A DNA stretch of 32,000 bases from Promethearchaeum syntrophicum (lineage in GTDB: Archaea; Asgardarchaeota; Lokiarchaeia; Sigyniarchaeales; Promethearchaeaceae): contig NZ_CP042905.2 in assembly GCF_008000775.2 (NCBI RefSeq), positions 270,001 through 302,000 on the forward strand, in the 5' to 3' direction. Made by a program: the position numbers and the translations under genes. Shown here piece after piece: positions 28,078-32,000 of the stretch. The notes below the pieces were generated by a model. It searched no databases and was not told the origin of the DNA. It was given only the letters and a program-made list of their open reading frames with translations. Position 1 is the stretch's first letter; each line of letters opens with the position of its first letter.

Positions 28078-28818
28078 TTAGCGGATATAGAATGCAACCT
28101 TTCCATTAGTGTCGATTTTAATTTGTGTTTTCGGCGAGATATCGAAGTCATAGAACTCTTCGGCGATTTTTGGGAATTTTTTGAAGGTGTCGTGGATAAA
28201 TCTTCTGCATGTGGTGATTCTGGATTGTTTGTGGGCATCGGGGGTTTGGGTTAAGATTTCAGTCATCATCGAGGATAGGTCGGCATGTTTTTGGATTTGT
28301 TTGGTGATATATTGTTTTACATTGGAAATCTTGTTTTGAAATTCGAGTAATTTATTGAATTGAAGGAAATTTTGCACAATTCTTTTCTGTTTTCTGATTG
28401 TGTCAGAAGAGTATTTTCTATTTTCAGTGAGATAAGTCTTAAACTCGTTTAATTGGGAATTTTTAGCGTTTTCTATGCTGTTCAAGTCGGGATTCTGTAT
28501 TTTAAGGAATTTATAATAGTTTTTAAGAGCGAGATTTGCTTTTGATATCAATTCTTTAGATTTACTTTGTCTAACGAATTCATTATCGATGAATTTTTCA
28601 ATAAGTATGTGGTCATTTTGGAGGATAGGTTGTTGGTGTGAATCAGAATACCATTTTGAAAAGTCAGGGTTATGAAATCTTAAATATCTTCGAATCTGGT
28701 TAGAATAATTAGTATAAACTTTTTTAGATTTCAAGTTTTTTTTCAAATATTTTTCATATTGTTGATATTGTTTATATGAAATTTTAGAGATTTCTTGTGT
28801 TTTTGGGGAATTTTTCAT
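28078..28818 (-). CDS. SAM-like / tyrosine-recombinase core-binding-like protein lacking a catalytic domain
   Basis: FKTYLTENRKYSSDTIRKQKRIVQNFLQF and an earlier LKKNLKSKKVYTNYSNQIRRYLRFH resemble phage-integrase core-binding SAM-like segments; no R...HxxR...Y region follows. Confidence 0.45.
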   Translation of the reverse strand: MKNSPKTQEISKISYKQYQQYEKYLKKNLKSKKVYTNYSNQIRRYLRFHNPDFSKWYSDSHQQPILQNDHILIEKFIDNEFVRQSKSKELISKANLALKNYYKFLKIQNPDLNSIENAKNSQLNEFKTYLTENRKYSSDTIRKQKRIVQNFLQFNKLLEFQNKISNVKQYITKQIQKHADLSSMMTEILTQTPDAHKQSRITTCRRFIHDTFKKFPKIAEEFYDFDISPKTQIKIDTNGKVAFYIR

Positions 28819-29072
28819 GAAGTAATCATAAAATTATAAAATTCCTTACAACTTTCACATTGCATTGGTAATTCGTTTGTTTTATTGTTATATCCGTTCT
28901 CAAGAGTGGTTTTATTTAAATATTCGAAAACTTTGGTTTTTGGAACAAATTTAACCACATTTTTTTCAAACCTTACCAAATTGGCCACATTTCTCTTTCC
29001 ATAAATTTCTTCTAAAAATCTGATATATTCCATTCCTTGGTTTTCTGATAGTGAATTTTGCAATTTAATCAC
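28815..29072 (-). CDS. hypothetical small protein, 85 aa
   Basis: ORF overlapping 28078-28818 by 4 nt (ATGA-type coupling); CESC motif near the C-terminus. Confidence 0.5.
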   Translation of the reverse strand: MIKLQNSLSENQGMEYIRFLEEIYGKRNVANLVRFEKNVVKFVPKTKVFEYLNKTTLENGYNNKTNELPMQCESCKEFYNFMITS

Positions 29073-29078
29073 CTTGTT

Positions 29079-30071
29079 TTAAAAAAATAATTGGACATAT
29101 TCATTTGTTTTTTGATAAATATGGGGATACGGAACTTGATAGCCTCTTTTCTTAGCTTGTCCATTGATCCATGCGGAGAGTTCATTGATTAAATTATTTT
29201 TATTGGAGGTTTTAAGTCGAAAATTGTCAAATCGAGAACAAATTTCTTCATTTGAGAGAAAATCAAATCCAAAATCAAAATAATTGGGTAGGTTCTTCTT
29301 ATTAAATTGAGAAAATGCTTTTTGTATTTTTTCTTCGGGTTCTTTAATCATATTAAAGAGTGCTTTTCCATCAAGGTCAGGCAGTTTTAACCATCCTTTC
29401 ATTGTCCAAAAGAGTAAGACATGAAAACTATCATCGTAAAGTCGTTGAATTTCTCTTTCATTATTTAAATTCCTGAGGTTAAAATATTCTTTTGCCATTT
29501 TAGCTCCGCTAGCTTTAATAAGCTGAAAAAATCGTTTCACAGGGGTAATATGTCGTGAAATAGGACCCGCTCCATGAATATTCATCTTAAACGGTCCAGG
29601 TTCTCCTGAAAAAACTAAATTAATCATGGTGAAATCCATATAAGATCTGATCATTTCGATTGTTGCTTGATCTGCTTTTGCTCCCATAAGGTATTGTTTC
29701 AAGTAATTACCACTTAAATACGAATCTTTTTTTGCTTTTATCAACGGTTTCCCGTAATCAAGTAATGGTTCGATCCATCCGCGTGCATACCAATAAGTAA
29801 TCAAATATTTTACCTTATCAAAAATTTCTTTATGCCTCCCTCGAATAACGTCTATTTGGAGTAATGCAAGAGTCACTTCAAGGGCAGCCATATGCCTCAT
29901 CAAATTAATAGCATCGCAAACGTTTTTTATGGGGTGTTTCTCACCCATTATAATTTTTTCTTCTCCCAAAGGGAGATCGAGCTTATTAATTTCATCTTGA
30001 GCAATCTCCAATAAGGCTGGAGCGGGTTTACCCCCCTCTAGAACTCGTTGAATATAATCTTCTTGAGTCAT
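29079..30071 (-). CDS. hypothetical protein, tandem paralog A (330 aa)
   Basis: RBS GAGGTGAAATT before ATG; N-terminal ~240 aa closely similar to 30100-31413. Confidence 0.7.
   Translation of the reverse strand: MTQEDYIQRVLEGGKPAPALLEIAQDEINKLDLPLGEEKIIMGEKHPIKNVCDAINLMRHMAALEVTLALLQIDVIRGRHKEIFDKVKYLITYWYARGWIEPLLDYGKPLIKAKKDSYLSGNYLKQYLMGAKADQATIEMIRSYMDFTMINLVFSGEPGPFKMNIHGAGPISRHITPVKRFFQLIKASGAKMAKEYFNLRNLNNEREIQRLYDDSFHVLLFWTMKGWLKLPDLDGKALFNMIKEPEEKIQKAFSQFNKKNLPNYFDFGFDFLSNEEICSRFDNFRLKTSNKNNLINELSAWINGQAKKRGYQVPYPHIYQKTNEYVQLFF
29700..30060. repeat. diverged direct repeat copy 1 (within paralog A)
   Basis: Shares e.g. AAGTAATTACCACTTAAATACGAATC and GTTTTTTATGGGGTGTTTCTC with the copy at 31035-31400. 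Confidence 0.7.
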
Positions 30072-30099
30072 AATTTCACCTCAATCAATAATTAGGATT

Positions 30100-31413
30100 T
30101 TATCTTGATAATTTGCTCATCTCAAACATTGTTTTCATAATTCCAGAGCCAGATGATTTTAAAAATTCCCAAAATCCTTTTTTCACTCGTTTACTCATAG
30201 AGGAAGTATATACAAAAGAAATTTTTCCTTCTTTTGGTCCTATAACAGGTATCCAACGATAATTTTCATTAATCCAATTTCCATCTCTGGTTAACCCAAA
30301 AGCAGCCATTATGTTTTCACTTATTTTCTGATTTATCTCCCACTCATTAGCTTTTTTGAATAATATTCTGGCAAGTAATGCAAAATTGAAACCATCCCGA
30401 TTTTGTCCATTTCGACTCATTTCCGCGTATCCTTTCCACCAAGCTTTCATAAATACGTCGTATTCTCCAATGGTTAGTGTAGGAAAATCAAAATCTTTCG
30501 ATTTACTCATTTCTAAATATACTTTTTTGATTTTAGGATTATCTACAACAATTATAGTAGTTGTCCGGTGTTTTTTATTTCCAAATTGTTTATCTCGGTT
30601 TGCTATAAATTCAAAAAGTATTTTTGGATTTTTTTCTTTGGAGAATAAAAACTCTAAGATTCTTGTAAAACCGCCGTCTCGAAATTCAAGGATTTGAGAC
30701 GTAATTGGGGATGGATCGTTTTCCTCAAGATCTGGTATCTTTAACCATCCTTTCATTATCCAAAAGAGTAAAATATGAAAGCAATCATCATTAAGTTGCT
30801 GGATTTCTCTTTGGTTATTTAAATTTTTGAGATTAAAGCATTCATTTGCCATTTTAGTTCCACTAGTATTGAGAAGTTGAAAAAATCGTTTCATAAGGGG
30901 ATCATTCCTTGAAATTGGACCGACTCCATTAGCATGAGTAAGTCCAGATTCTTTTGAAAAAAACTGAACCATGGTTAAATCCATGTATGATTGAATCATT
31001 TTGAGAGTTTTTTGATCTGCTTTAGCTCCCATAAGGTATTGTTTTAAGTAATTACCACTTAAATACGAATCTCCTTTCGTTTTTATCAAGGGTTTCCCGT
31101 AAGCCGGTAATGGTTCGATCCATCTACGTGCATACCAATATGGAATCAAATATTTTACATCTTCAAAAATTTTTTTATGCCTCACTCGAATAACGTCTAT
31201 TTGGAGTAATGCAAGAGTCACTTCAAGGGCAGCCATATGCCCCATCAAATAAATGGCATCACAAATGTTTTTTATGGGGTGTTTCTCCCCCATTATAATT
31301 GGTTCTCCTCCCAAAGGGAGATCAAGTTTATTAATTTCATCTTGAGCAATCTTCAATATGGTTGGGTCGGGCTTAGCTACCCCTGCTAAAACTTGTTTAA
31401 GATATTCTTCCAT
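30100..31413 (-). CDS. hypothetical protein, tandem paralog B (437 aa)
   Basis: RBS GGAGGAG before ATG; N-terminal ~260 aa closely similar to 29079-30071; distinct C-terminal region. Confidence 0.7.
   Translation of the reverse strand: MEEYLKQVLAGVAKPDPTILKIAQDEINKLDLPLGGEPIIMGEKHPIKNICDAIYLMGHMAALEVTLALLQIDVIRVRHKKIFEDVKYLIPYWYARRWIEPLPAYGKPLIKTKGDSYLSGNYLKQYLMGAKADQKTLKMIQSYMDLTMVQFFSKESGLTHANGVGPISRNDPLMKRFFQLLNTSGTKMANECFNLKNLNNQREIQQLNDDCFHILLFWIMKGWLKIPDLEENDPSPITSQILEFRDGGFTRILEFLFSKEKNPKILFEFIANRDKQFGNKKHRTTTIIVVDNPKIKKVYLEMSKSKDFDFPTLTIGEYDVFMKAWWKGYAEMSRNGQNRDGFNFALLARILFKKANEWEINQKISENIMAAFGLTRDGNWINENYRWIPVIGPKEGKISFVYTSSMSKRVKKGFWEFLKSSGSGIMKTMFEMSKLSR
31035..31400. repeat. diverged direct repeat copy 2 (within paralog B)
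   Basis: See copy 1 at 29700-30060. Confidence 0.7.
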
Positions 31414-31714
31414 TAGACTTTCTCCTCCAAATTCTTTAACTTATGGATTGAAATATTAGATTGAGCAAAAATTACCCCAACTAGAGCAATAAACGCTAAT
31501 ATCATTATATGATTTTGTTTTTTGTTTTTCATTTTTGATCACTTTTGTATTTTTGTTAAAAAAATATCTGTTAAACTTCTATAAAAAAATTTAGAAATTT
31601 TGACTTTCATTTTTTTTCTGGTGTTTTTGAATTCCTTAACTATTCCGATATTAAATAGATTCATCATTTGTTTTGAGTTACGACCTTTTTTTCATTTGAC
31701 ATAGTAATTTCTCC

Positions 31715-32000
31715 ATGAAAAATAAGGTTGAAATCAGTAAAAACAAAAAACAAAAAATAATAAAAAGTGAAAAAAATATGGGTTTATTTTACGATATACT
31801 ACTTTTACAATTCTTCGGATTGATAACGGTGAAAATATGCAATTTTGTCAAAGATCGGTTCGATCTAATCGATCAAATTTGTGATATTTTCTTAAAAACT
31901 GGTATTTATATTCGGGAATTGTGTCATTTTGCAGTATCCAAACTCTTGTTGGTTCCGATAGACTGGTCTGATTTAAATTTTAATAACAAGAAAGGGCGGA
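31715..32000 (+). CDS. possible partial ORF running off the window edge (MKNKVEISKNKKQKIIKSEKNMGLFYDILLLQFFGLITVK...)
   Basis: Read by hand: ATG 31715 with no stop to 32000 (95 codons). Absent from the track because it is incomplete. No homology claim. Confidence 0.3.
   Translation, partial: MKNKVEISKNKKQKIIKSEKNMGLFYDILLLQFFGLITVKICNFVKDRFDLIDQICDIFLKTGIYIRELCHFAVSKLLLVPIDWSDLNFNNKKGR

Noticed and set aside
28014-28254. Two short opposing ORFs (28014-28238 -, 28063-28254 +)
   Set aside because: They overlap each other and the end of 28078-28818, and have no supporting motif.
1-32000. tRNA, rRNA or CRISPR arrays
   Set aside because: No cloverleaf-like sequence, rRNA core segments or regularly spaced repeats were seen by eye in the intergenic regions; a tRNAscan/Infernal run would be needed to be sure.

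Overview
AT-rich archaeal chromosomal window. The gene content (small Ras/Rab-like GTPase, tailed histone, SMC-ScpA-ScpB, four-subunit-type 2-oxoacid:ferredoxin oxidoreductase) suggests an Asgard-type archaeon, but this is an inference. From left to right: an MFS transporter whose first TM segment is cut off by an apparent frameshift; a dark operon of two ~800-aa proteins plus a small membrane protein; tandem PD-(D/E)XK (RecB/Cas4-like) nuclease paralogs; an archaeal histone with a basic N-terminal tail; a porGD-porA-porB operon; a thioredoxin-fold protein; a possible longin-like protein divergent from a small GTPase; a fused formiminotransferase-cyclodeaminase; a COG1031-like radical SAM/HhH protein; a Gfo/Idh/MocA oxidoreductase; an smc-scpA-scpB operon; and an accessory-looking block with a SAM-like/integrase-core-binding protein and tandem paralogs of an unknown family. 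The most striking observations are: (1) the PorB (beta, TPP-binding) subunit is circularly permuted, with the canonical C-terminal half (YDNEAFMNTG...PCPRGW...QGKFRHL) first, then the canonical N-terminal half (CPGCG...FESGA...GDG), and new termini inside the TPP/Mg motif; (2) the 1493-aa SMC shows no recognisable canonical hinge at its centre, where a ~155-aa Gly-poor, probably helical segment sits instead; (3) its kleisin ScpA and partner ScpB carry oppositely charged N-terminal tails. I saw no rRNA, tRNA or CRISPR array.
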